In this document: piece by piece, positions 1-10,700 of the stretch | How positions within the stretch are numbered: position 1 is the first letter of the stretch | How the letters are laid out: every line of letters begins with the position of its first letter | Virus record (IMG/VR): IMGVR_UViG_3300025626_002025 | Source: a virus | Length of the DNA: 64,000 nt | Reading direction: 5' to 3' (one strand) | Translations under genes and position numbers: made by a program | The notes under the pieces: model-generated | Told to the model about the DNA's origin: nothing | What the model saw: only the letters and a program-made list of their open reading frames with translations | Databases searched by the model: none

Positions 1-75
1 ACCAATTGATTCAAGAGCTTTTACACCTCTTTCCTCCAAGTTATCGTTACTTGTTGTTTTCGTTGTCTTTGCCAT
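1..75 (-). CDS. Hypothetical protein, N-terminal fragment running off the window (MAKTTKTTSNDNLEERGVKALESIG...)
   Basis: ATG at 75-73 opens a frame that stays open to the window edge and overlaps the end of the upstream gene; translated by hand. Confidence 0.6.
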   Translation of the reverse strand, partial: MAKTTKTTSNDNLEERGVKALESIG

Positions 76-685
76 AATTGTAATTTAGTTTTTTATTTTC
101 TACTAATTCTGTTAATAATTTTTTAAACATCCATCCTTCGTGTGATTTAAAATCAATAGAGAACGATGCTTCTTCTATATAATCTTTAAGTTTTACTGGT
201 TTCCATTTTAATTTTTCCAATTCTGATTCTAGTTTTGGAATATCCCACTTTACTTCTTCTAAGTAGTCTTTTATCTTTTTTGGCTCCCACTTTAACTTTT
301 CAATCTTTGCTTTTAGTTCTTCTATCTTCCACTCTAATTCTTCTATTTCGTTATTTTTATCATCTAATTCAAATTCAAGTTTTTCCATTTCTGCAGTTTT
401 TACAACTACATTTGTATTTGCTTCATCTAACCTAAAAGTTTTTTGTTTTATTTCTTCCTCGGTTTCATCTATTCTTGGTTGATTATCCCAATACCTTTCA
501 AAGTATTCACCAATATGAGAATTATTATGTTTAGAAGTTTTAAGTAAAGTTTCTAAAATCATAATAATTTTTAAAAATATAGCATTATCCTTAACACCTG
601 GTTCAATAATATCTTGTAGACTATTATCTATGTGCTCAAGGGTTCGTACTACCTTTTCGTTATGTAACAATTCTAATAAGTTCAT
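47..685 (-). CDS. Hypothetical coiled-coil protein
   Basis: 212-aa ORF with E/K-rich heptads and an internal duplication, KLKWEPKKIKDYLEE / KLKWKPVKLKDYIEE. Confidence 0.7.
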   Translation of the reverse strand: MNLLELLHNEKVVRTLEHIDNSLQDIIEPGVKDNAIFLKIIMILETLLKTSKHNNSHIGEYFERYWDNQPRIDETEEEIKQKTFRLDEANTNVVVKTAEMEKLEFELDDKNNEIEELEWKIEELKAKIEKLKWEPKKIKDYLEEVKWDIPKLESELEKLKWKPVKLKDYIEEASFSIDFKSHEGWMFKKLLTELVENKKLNYNYGKDNENNK

Positions 686-2117
686 AATCTTCTTTATCTT
701 GTTTATCTAATATTTTATAAGTTAATGATGATAGTCCAATAGTGGTATAATCTAATTTATCTGTTAGTACCTCATGAAAAAATATATCAGCATTTTCTTC
801 AATATCAGGATTATATTTATAATATTTTTTTATTATCTCAGTATCATCCTCATGTACTAATGATTTATATTCTCCTTGCAATCTTATTGGTAAATATATT
901 GGAGTTGTTACATCTAAAGTAATTTCCTCTACATCAAATGGTCCTTCCAATTTTAAGTGATTTAAATTTTTACCCTTATCTAATAATAATCTATTTTTAT
1001 AAAAAGTTTTAAAGTCATATATACTACAAATATTAAACCCAAATTTATTTTTCAAATTATTAAATGAACTTTCTCCATCATAAAATAAAGCAGATACTAT
1101 TTCTTCATTAATTTTTGTATTTGAAGTTAATATTGATGAGATTTTAATATCACTTTGTGTATCTGAAATTTTAACTGTATGTTTTGTATAATCAAATAAA
1201 TCGAAATTTTCTTTTAGTTTAAGAGTTTCTAATTTATTATTGAGGTACATAAAGATACCATTGTTATTTTTACCAAATATAACATGATTCCATTTTTCTT
1301 TTTTATAATCATGAGATACCTCATAGTGTATTTCATCTTTATCCCATATCTGACCTAGTACATGCTTTCCATGTGATAAGAATACACCAGTATCACAACC
1401 TTCAAATGAAAATAAGTTTTTTACTTCTTCTGTATTCTTTGAATCTTTGAACCAAAATGAAATAAAAAAATCTCCATTTATTAATTCATTTGTCATATGA
1501 TTTATATTTCCATAAAATCTACTTTCAGCACCAAGTGATATTGTATTTATTTTATGGTTTCTTTTATCTGTACCTATTTCTACATTTTCTATCCTATATG
1601 GTAACACATCAGTAATATCATATCTTTCATATGTTTGATTTATATCATAAAACTTTTCTAAATACGCTCCACTTCTTTCTAATCTATAAAGTAAGTCTAA
1701 ATCATGAAAACCATAACCCCAATACTCATTTGAGTATCCGTTTGCATTTTCAAAATCTTCTCTACTGATAACATTAACTCCACCAAAATATTGTGGATAT
1801 GGCATCTTGTTATCATGTGCTTCAACATTAGTTGCTAAGTGAGTTGGTGATTCGGGATAAGTATAATCACACTCATCATTCATTGGTAACATATCTATAT
1901 CATGAAAAGCAAAGTAAGTGTATTCTTTACCAACTTCTTTACTAACAACATTACATAATTTACCATAGTTAAAAGGTCTATTATCTGTTTGTTCTGCAAT
2001 AAAAATAGTGTAATCGATTCCCTTATCTTTAAGAAACTCTTGCATATGAGGTATGAACACATCTAAGTGGTCTTGCCTATCTCTATAAGGAACAATAATT
2101 GCTAACTTATCTATCAT
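660..2117 (-). CDS. GT7 (beta-1,4-galactosyltransferase-like) glycosyltransferase with an inserted LamG/concanavalin-like domain
   Basis: GT7 motifs AIIVPYRDR, PFNYGKLCN, FHDIDMLP (DxD), YFGGV and NGYSNEYWGYG; central FFISFWFK...KWNHVIF...MYLN resembles LamG. Confidence 0.8.
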   Translation of the reverse strand: MIDKLAIIVPYRDRQDHLDVFIPHMQEFLKDKGIDYTIFIAEQTDNRPFNYGKLCNVVSKEVGKEYTYFAFHDIDMLPMNDECDYTYPESPTHLATNVEAHDNKMPYPQYFGGVNVISREDFENANGYSNEYWGYGFHDLDLLYRLERSGAYLEKFYDINQTYERYDITDVLPYRIENVEIGTDKRNHKINTISLGAESRFYGNINHMTNELINGDFFISFWFKDSKNTEEVKNLFSFEGCDTGVFLSHGKHVLGQIWDKDEIHYEVSHDYKKEKWNHVIFGKNNNGIFMYLNNKLETLKLKENFDLFDYTKHTVKISDTQSDIKISSILTSNTKINEEIVSALFYDGESSFNNLKNKFGFNICSIYDFKTFYKNRLLLDKGKNLNHLKLEGPFDVEEITLDVTTPIYLPIRLQGEYKSLVHEDDTEIIKKYYKYNPDIEENADIFFHEVLTDKLDYTTIGLSSLTYKILDKQDKEDYELIRIVT

Positions 2118-2956
2118 ACTTTTATTATAACATTTGAAAGTTCATTCCACTTTGTATAATCAAAGTAAGAATTATCTTCCATTTTTTCAAACATAAATTC
2201 AGGATTATTTATATCGATTTTCCAATCATTAATCTGAATTCCTCTGTACATTTTTTTATATTCCTGCCAATAGGAATAATCTTTTTTTGTTTCTGATACT
2301 TCTTTTAATCTTTCAAGAACGGTTGAATCCCATTTAAAATGATGAACTTGTACAATCCCATTTTCTATTGGATATCTTTTAGGATGATTCCATCCTCGTT
2401 CTCTCCAAGTATCAGTATCACCGATTACTGCAAAATGTTGTCCATGTGTTACATCAACTGAACCTTTCATTACACAACATTTGTTTGGCATCGCTCCACT
2501 CATAGGATATCTAAAAAATCCTGCAAGTGGAAACGATTTCCAAATATTAGTTTCTTTTGTTACCAAAGGAAACTCTCCTCCCTCTCCTATCCTATCGAGG
2601 AATCCTCCTGTGATAAACTCCCATCCGTTTTCATCACACTCTGAAATCATTTCTCTGATATCAGTTGGATAAACATGAAGTTCATCATCATCCGAAACCA
2701 CCCACCATTCGTTTGGTTTGGTTTGTTTAACTTCGTTATATAATTGAGTTACTCTTTCCCAATTAAATTTTTCTTCGGTAACTATTTTGTAGGGTTTGAT
2801 ACCGAGATTTATTACATCTTCTAAAATACCATCTAAGGTATGTTGTCTATAAACTACTACATAAATTTCATCTACAATATCTTTGTAGTGATTTATCATA
2901 TGTGGTAGGATTGTTGTATTGTGGCCAACTACTGTGACCAAGTTTACTTTTGGCAT
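2114..2956 (-). CDS. GT-A fold glycosyltransferase (family 2-like)
   Basis: ILPHMINHY...VDEIYV, WWVVSDDDE (DxD) and VHHFKW. Confidence 0.7.
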   Translation of the reverse strand: MPKVNLVTVVGHNTTILPHMINHYKDIVDEIYVVVYRQHTLDGILEDVINLGIKPYKIVTEEKFNWERVTQLYNEVKQTKPNEWWVVSDDDELHVYPTDIREMISECDENGWEFITGGFLDRIGEGGEFPLVTKETNIWKSFPLAGFFRYPMSGAMPNKCCVMKGSVDVTHGQHFAVIGDTDTWRERGWNHPKRYPIENGIVQVHHFKWDSTVLERLKEVSETKKDYSYWQEYKKMYRGIQINDWKIDINNPEFMFEKMEDNSYFDYTKWNELSNVIIKV

Positions 2957-3726
2957 TTCTGAAGAATTGTTAGACCCGTAGAAGATGGTCTAGTTTTAAA
3001 TATACCATTATTGAAAAAGTTAAAAATTTCCCAATCACTATCATCACTCAGTTCTTTTACTAATTTAGATGGTCCGTTTGTTATATTATCTTGATGATTT
3101 TGACTCTTAACATCTTCTGTAACTATTAAATCTTTTTCGAATGATTCATCTGTATCATGTATTGATATAATTCCATTTGGAGAAAGTATTTTAGAGTATA
3201 ACTCAAAGTCTTGTTTTACATCTTCATAAGAATGACCTGCATCAATATGTAAATAATCAATTTTAATATCTTCTTTTACAAAAAAGTTATAATATGCGTT
3301 TTCTGTTGTTTCTAATATAATTCTTGGAAAAAAGTTTTTTCTTAGAAAAGAATCCCCATTCTTCCAATCTACGTTTCCACCAATTCCATTTGCAGCATCA
3401 ACAAGATATGTACTTCCTATATCACCCCAATTAAAATCTCGGTTTCCTTCAAAGATTTGTGAATCATATAAATCAACTCTTGCTTGTGTCATTATTCTAG
3501 GAATGAATCCACCCCCACTACCCAAACAAACACAAACTTTTGCTCTCATATAATGAATTATAGAGTAAATTAATAAACCATCACCCAAAGTTAAATCAGT
3601 AGCCCCATGTGTCCAACGATATGGAACAGGAGTATGCTCATGAAATTCTTTTCCATTTACATCTAATTTTGGTTTTTGATTATTTGTTAAATATTCTCGA
3701 AGATAATCAAGATTTAGTAATGTCAT
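2944..3726 (-). CDS. Class I SAM-dependent methyltransferase (Methyltransf_24-like)
   Basis: VCLGSGGG glycine loop, IDYLHIDAGHSYEDVKQDF and LSPNGIISIHD. Confidence 0.8.
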   Translation of the reverse strand: MTLLNLDYLREYLTNNQKPKLDVNGKEFHEHTPVPYRWTHGATDLTLGDGLLIYSIIHYMRAKVCVCLGSGGGFIPRIMTQARVDLYDSQIFEGNRDFNWGDIGSTYLVDAANGIGGNVDWKNGDSFLRKNFFPRIILETTENAYYNFFVKEDIKIDYLHIDAGHSYEDVKQDFELYSKILSPNGIISIHDTDESFEKDLIVTEDVKSQNHQDNITNGPSKLVKELSDDSDWEIFNFFNNGIFKTRPSSTGLTILQKCQK

Positions 3727-3785
3727 AACTTTCTTATTGTCTTATATAAATATAATAAAAAATAATAAATGTATATAAATATATA

Positions 3786-4778
3786 TTAGTTAAATAGATT
3801 TACAACATCAGTTGTCCATCTTGATTTATCATCATATTTTTTTAAATATTCTTTTAATTTATAAAATTCATTTGTATGAACTGATTCACTATCGGATAAA
3901 ATTAATTCATATATTTTTTTAAACTCATTTTTTGATGATGCTCTATATCGATAATCAACATCTCCCCAATCAGAATGTATGATAGGTAACTTACCATAAT
4001 CAACTGATTGGAATATAGAATAACCAAATGGTTCTTTAGTATGACATGAATGTGAAATACTCCATTTAAGGTTCATAAAAGAGTTTAGTATATCGATACT
4101 CCATTTAAAATATTTAGTTCGTTTAAAATCATAATATCCACTTTCATTTATATTTTTCCAATCATAATATCCACTTAAAACATATGATGGAAGTGAATCC
4201 AAATAATGTACATTTTTCCTTGATTCTATTCTTGATGCAAATCCTATTTTATTATTTATTTTACCAAGTTCTATATTATGCTTAAATTCGTAAAAGTTTG
4301 TTATAGTTTCTGTTTCGAAATCATTAAATATTTCAGATGGATTATTTCCAATCCAAATTCTTTTTTTACAATAAGTAAGTAATTCTATTACATCATCTTC
4401 TACTACATTTGTACTAAACTGTCTAAGAGAATCTCCATATTGTAACATATCAGGTAGATATGCTTGTACAAAAATAGTTCCCCACTTATCTTTATATTTC
4501 CATAGATGGTCTCGTTTGTGATAATTTGCATGCAAAAAATGTATTTCACTACACATTTTTAAAATAAAATCTGTCTTTTTTGCATCTTCTAAGTGAAAGT
4601 GAAGTTTTCCTAGTTTTTCAAGATTGTAAGTATCTCTCCATCCAATTGGTTTTTTAGAATCTACCAAAATATAATATTCAGAAAGATGAGGCAAAACTAA
4701 TTCTATAAAATTATTAGTCCACATATCAGCACCACCTTGAATGATGTTACCACAACCTGTTGTTACAAAAACCTTCAT
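3786..4778 (-). CDS. GT-B fold glycosyltransferase (GT4-like)
   Basis: N-terminal GGAD loop, GFASRIESRKN and EPFGYSIFQSVDYG (E-x7-E-like, second E replaced by Q); likely start MKVFV at 4778. Confidence 0.7.
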   Translation of the reverse strand: MKVFVTTGCGNIIQGGADMWTNNFIELVLPHLSEYYILVDSKKPIGWRDTYNLEKLGKLHFHLEDAKKTDFILKMCSEIHFLHANYHKRDHLWKYKDKWGTIFVQAYLPDMLQYGDSLRQFSTNVVEDDVIELLTYCKKRIWIGNNPSEIFNDFETETITNFYEFKHNIELGKINNKIGFASRIESRKNVHYLDSLPSYVLSGYYDWKNINESGYYDFKRTKYFKWSIDILNSFMNLKWSISHSCHTKEPFGYSIFQSVDYGKLPIIHSDWGDVDYRYRASSKNEFKKIYELILSDSESVHTNEFYKLKEYLKKYDDKSRWTTDVVNLFN

Positions 4779-4789
4779 TAATTTTATTT

Positions 4790-7700
4790 TTAACCACAAT
4801 AGAGGTAACCATATACACCCACTGCTAATCCATTAGAATCAAATACAACATCCTCCATTGCTTTGGCAACAGTATAAGAACATTGTGATTGTCTTTCTTC
4901 GTACTGAGGATTACTATCTCCATCAAATGAAGTAATTACCCATTCAGATGGTTGTTTCATTAAATATCCTTCAGTATCAGAAGAACATAATAAATCACCC
5001 CTTGAAACATCTCCACCTTGGTTACATACTTTAAATCCTGGTAAATATGAAGTTGAACCCGAATCAAAACTATCCCCAACAGATGCAACTTTCCACATTG
5101 TTTTTGTATCTCTTTCATTTTCAGCAAACGTATCACCCAATGAGTCATATTCAGCCGAACCACTTTTTGGTTCTTTCCATAAGATACCAACAATCTCAGT
5201 ATCTTTAGCCGTAGTTGATTTTATTATTTGATTATTGGAATCCAACTTAACCAAATCACCAACATCTATACTTACATTATTTTGTTTTACATATTGGTGA
5301 CCGGATGTAAATTGCTGATTTATTGAAAGAATCTCATTGGCATTTGCAGTAGTTTTTGTTGTATTTGCTGAAATTAAACTGTTATACCCATCATAAGTTG
5401 CGAATCTTGTATTCAAACGAGTTGTACCAACTAATGCATTAGATTTTAATTTAATTTCTGTACTATCTAGTTCAAAAAGAGTACTCCATGCTTTTGTGTT
5501 AGTTCCATCACTTAACTTTGCCCCAGATTCAACAACACCTTTAAATGTTGCAGTACCAGCAGCCGATATTTTGAATTCAGGTGCTGAGATATATCCAGTT
5601 GAACCTAGTGTTAATGTACCATATGTATCATCTGCGGTTGTACCTCCTAATGTAGTTGAACCAATTCCCCATCCACCAACAGACCCAGCGGTTGCAGTAA
5701 TTCTATTTACATTTAATGTGGAAGTTCCAGCTGTCCAAGTAAGTGCTCCACTTGTACCACCAAGATAAAAGTTTCCACTACTATCCATGTAAGTTTTCCA
5801 ATTACTACCATCATTATATCCAAGTCTATTATTACCTAAATGTAAACCTGCACCTGTTCCTGCAGCTGATGTTGGTGTGAAGGTTGTTGGGTTTGGGTCT
5901 CCCGCTGACCAAGCAGCTGAGTTGTTTGATATTGTAGTGTTTGCGGTATTGGCCGCAGTTTGAGCGGCTGATGCCGAAGTTGCAGCATTTCCTGCTGCCG
6001 TACTAGCAAAGTTTTGAGCGTTTGTTTGAGCGGCGGATGCGGAAGCGGCGGCTCCTGCTCCAAAATCAACTTCAGATGTTGAACCTGCTGCAATTGTAAT
6101 AGCACCAGTCATTGATAAGTTACCATCTGAATTAAATGTTAATTTATCTCCAAGTGAAAATTGTCCATCACTATCAATATAAAGTTGAGTATTTGAGTTT
6201 CCAAAATCTGTTCCTGTTCCTACTTTAAATACAGTACTTGTTACAGATACAGGTCCGATGGTTGCTGAGTTCATTACAGCATCTCCACTCATGTTTACTC
6301 TAAAAGGAGCATCTCCAAATGTAGCATCACCTAATTGAATACCACTAGCACCAGCTTTAAATACATCATCACCAGAACCAATAGTTATTGAACCACCAAA
6401 TGTACCTGTTGCTGCTGATATATCACCATCAAACGAACCACCAGCTGCTGATAAAGTACCTGAGAATGAAGCATCACCATTACTTGTTATCTTAAATTCT
6501 TTAGCATGAATCGAACCAGAATCTAAATTAATTGCCATACCTGCTGCAGCATAACCAGTTGTATCTGAAATTCCATTGGTTGTACCAGAAGCTGAATCAT
6601 TCCAATTTGTAGATATAATCCTACCGGTTGAAATATTATCTCCATGGATTGCAGTTGTACCACTAGTTCCAAATGACAATGCATTTCCACTACCATTTGA
6701 AACCGAATCATCTGCGGTAAACGTTACTAAACCAGTAAATCCAATTGCTTGGTTAGCATCACCAAATGTTGGTGTACCTGTCCCACCTCCAGCAGTTGTT
6801 TCAACAACAGAATAGGTTGAGTACCAATATACATTATCATTACCACCCGAATATGTTGGTGCATCCAATCCCCAATCCGTTGTTAAACTAGTAAATGTAC
6901 CATTAGAAAAAGTATAAGAAGTTGCAGATGGCGTTGATGGTTGAGTTGAACCACTTTCTTGATAATGAACCATTCCAGTTGCAGTTCTTTTACCATCATT
7001 ACCGATAGCCCCATCATCACCTTGAACAGCAACACCCACATTAATTGTAATTGTTTTACCTGTAAGTGTAGTTCCTTCTGAATTCGTGTATGAAAGTGTT
7101 ACAACAGAAGTTGTACCATCACCATCACTTGGTGTATCAGGCGTAATCGTTTTATCATTATTATTTGTACCATTTGTTACACCAGTAATTCTAAATTTAT
7201 TTAAATCTATATCCCCACTACTATCATACTCATAATCCGAACCACCCTCATTTACAATAATTGTTACTGCAGATGGAGTACCAACTGTACTAAAATCAGA
7301 ATTTGAATCCACAGTTTGTGCTTGTGGATTTGCAGATATTATTGTAGTTGGTGTTGCTTTTTTAGATTTAGAAAGTGTAAATTTAATTGAAGTTGTACCA
7401 ATTGTACCCTCCGTATCTTTAAATGCTATTGAAGCAGTACCAGTTGCACTATCTCCACTAAAACCTGTAATATCAATAGTAGAACTAGATGGTGTTGTAT
7501 CTGAAACAGTTACACCAGTTACATTAGTAATTTTATATTGACCAGGACTAAGAGTTGCGTTTTGATTATATGTTAAAGCAGTATTACCATCAAACCCATC
7601 AATTGTTACATCTTGTATTGTACCAGTTAAAGTACCATCTGAATTAGCAGCAATTGTTTGAGCTGCAGGAGTAACTGAGAAATTTGTATTTGGTTGAGCT

Positions 7701-10700
7701 AATCTAACTCGTGATACCGTTGCTTCAATTGTTTTAGTACCAGTAGTTCCCTCACCATCTGTAAAGTTTACTGGTATTGATACAGTTCCTGTATCTGATG
7801 TCATATCTGATGCATCCGAAGAAAATGTAAATATTTCAGTTGAATTATCACCACTACCATCAAGTCCTCCAGTAAAGGCAATTGTACCAAATGATGTAAA
7901 TCTATTTGTACCACCTTCTCTTGCATCAATCCTTAATGAACTTGGTACATCCGAACCACTACCAACTGAATTTGCGTTGATTGTTTGTGCTTGAGGTGTT
8001 ACAAAAACTTCCACATTTGGAACGGCAGCAGTTGCTTTTGAAAAACTAAATTTAACTTGTTGTGTTCCTAGTGTTCCTTCAAAATCTTTAAAAGAAATTG
8101 AAGCTATACCTATTGCAGAATTTCCACTAAATGAAGTTACATCTATTGTAGATGTACTTGGAGTTGTATCTGCAACAGTTACACCAGTTACATCAGTTAT
8201 TTTAAATTCACCTGCACCAAGAGTTCCTTGATTATATGTTAACTCTGTATTACCATCTGCACCCTTTATAGTTATATCAGTAATATTACTATTTAAACTA
8301 CCCAATGAATCTGCATCTATTGTTTGTGCTTGTGGGTCTGCTTTAAAGTTTGAACTTGGTTGTGCCTTTCTTACTCGTGTAACAACCACCTGTACATCTT
8401 TTTGACCAAGTGTTCCTTCTCCATCTGTAAATTTTACAGGAATTAGAATAGTACCTGTATCATCAGTCATATCAGATGCAGTTGATGTAATAGATAATGT
8501 GTTTGAAGATATAGAACCCGTTAACCCATTACTAAATGTTGGAGTGTGTATTGAAGTAAATCTATCCGTACCTCCTTCAGTTGCTTTAACTAAAATATTT
8601 TGTGGAGTTGCTGAACCACTACCTAGTGAGTTAGCTTCTATTGTTTGTGCCAATGGTCTACCAGAAACTTCTACGTTTGGTTGACCAACTCTTGTTCTTG
8701 AAATAGTAGATACAATAGTTTTAGTACCTTGAGTACCTTCACTATCAGTAAAGATTACAGGTATTGTTATTGTTTCAGTATCCGATGTCATATCAGATGC
8801 AGAATCTGTAATCACAATGGTATTTGTAGATATAGAACCCGTTAATCCCCCACTATATGTTGGATTACCAATTGAACCAAATCGTGAAGTACCACCCTCG
8901 GTTGCACTTAATGTTAAGTTATTTGGTGTTGCTGAACCAGAACCTCTTGAGTTTCCAGCAATTGTTTGTGCAATAGGAGAAACAGCAAGTTCTATATTTG
9001 GTACAGAATTTTTAGCTTTAGTATAGGATACTATTTTTTGAAATGATTGAGATGTTGCATTATCACCTGCAAGATATTCAATATTTAATGTTAAAGAACC
9101 ACTATCCTTCGTGTTTGAAAACGCAGATATTCCATATGAATTTGAAGTTGGTGATGTACTGATAGGAGTTACATTAGTACCACTAACACTTGTTATATCA
9201 AATGTATTTTTTGCTCTACCATCTCCTACATCATCATGTGTTATTTGTGAAGAACCAATATTCATTTGAACAGTTCCTACCGATGATGCCAATCCACCAA
9301 TTACAACACCAGTTGATTTTGCTGGAAATGTTGTGGATTCGTTTGATAGTACAAGTGAAACTGCATCAAAGTTAATTACTTTAGATAATGTGATTTCATC
9401 CGATTGTTTATTACCGAAAACATCAGAACCTGTAAATGAATATGTTACCTCATCAAAGTTATTTGATGCAAATGAGGCAGAGAACTGATTAGATGTTATA
9501 CTATATGAATCAATACCATTTACAGTTTCTACAAAATTAAGTGGTGGTCTATTACTTCCACTATTTACTTCAATTGGTGTTATCAATGAAGCTAAGTTTT
9601 TTCTTTGTGCTCTTACAGTTATACTTTGTCCACTTGGTTTTGAAGAAAGAGTTGTTGGTTCATATGTAAATTGATTTGCATTAGAAGTTACAATAAGTTG
9701 AGGTGCATTATCACCATCTTCTAATCTATATACAGTTTCGAATTCTTGTTCACTTTCCAAAGAAGCAGTATAAACAACAGAACCTACAAATGGTTCATAT
9801 AATCCATCTGTTCTTGAACCAGTAAAGTTGTTAATAGTAATAATACCACCTGCAGGATTTACACTTGTTAGTAAACCTGGATATTGTGTATAATCACTAG
9901 GATTTAAATAGTTACCATCCGTATCAAATGCAGATGATTCAAATAAAGTAGAACCTGTTAAGTTGTTCTGTGTTAGTTTAAATTGTATTTGTTGTCCTTT
10001 TGGATTTTGTACTGAACCACTTGAGAATCTAAATGCGTTTCTATCAGATTCAAATGTTAGTAACTTAGCACTCGTTGGAAAGTCATTACCACCATCAAAT
10101 ACACCAACTGCTAATACATCAACAGGTATGTAATTATTATTTATATCATAAAACTCAAATTTAAAATCAAAAGTTTCTGATATTGTTTTTCTTGGTATAT
10201 CTTGTATTAAAGTAAACTCATCTGGTGAAAATGATGTATCTTGTGCATTTCTTAAAGATGCATTTGAAATATACCAATCATCTCCTTGTACTTCAAATAC
10301 TAATTTTGCATCACCTGTATTTTCTGATATTATATTTTGAGATACCGATTGTCTTGCTCTATAAATTGCAGAACCATCGATTGTTAAAAAGTTTTGTGTA
10401 AAATTAGATGAACTAAAATATGCAGTAATACTCTTATCGGTATCATCGAGAGCCCCACTTAATATTGTTTTAAAGTTAAGTGTATATTCTACATCTTTAG
10501 ATACTGAAAGTGATTGTGATGTTATTAATTTTTGAACTCCACCAGCAGTAGTATTATAATCGAATTTTAATGCTTGAGATAATGTATCTGAATCTACACT
10601 TACTACATGGTCGTTTGAAGAAGTAATCCAATAATTTGAAAGGTTACTTTCATCAAATCTACCATATGATAATTCAGTATCAGAGTTTGTTGTAATATCT

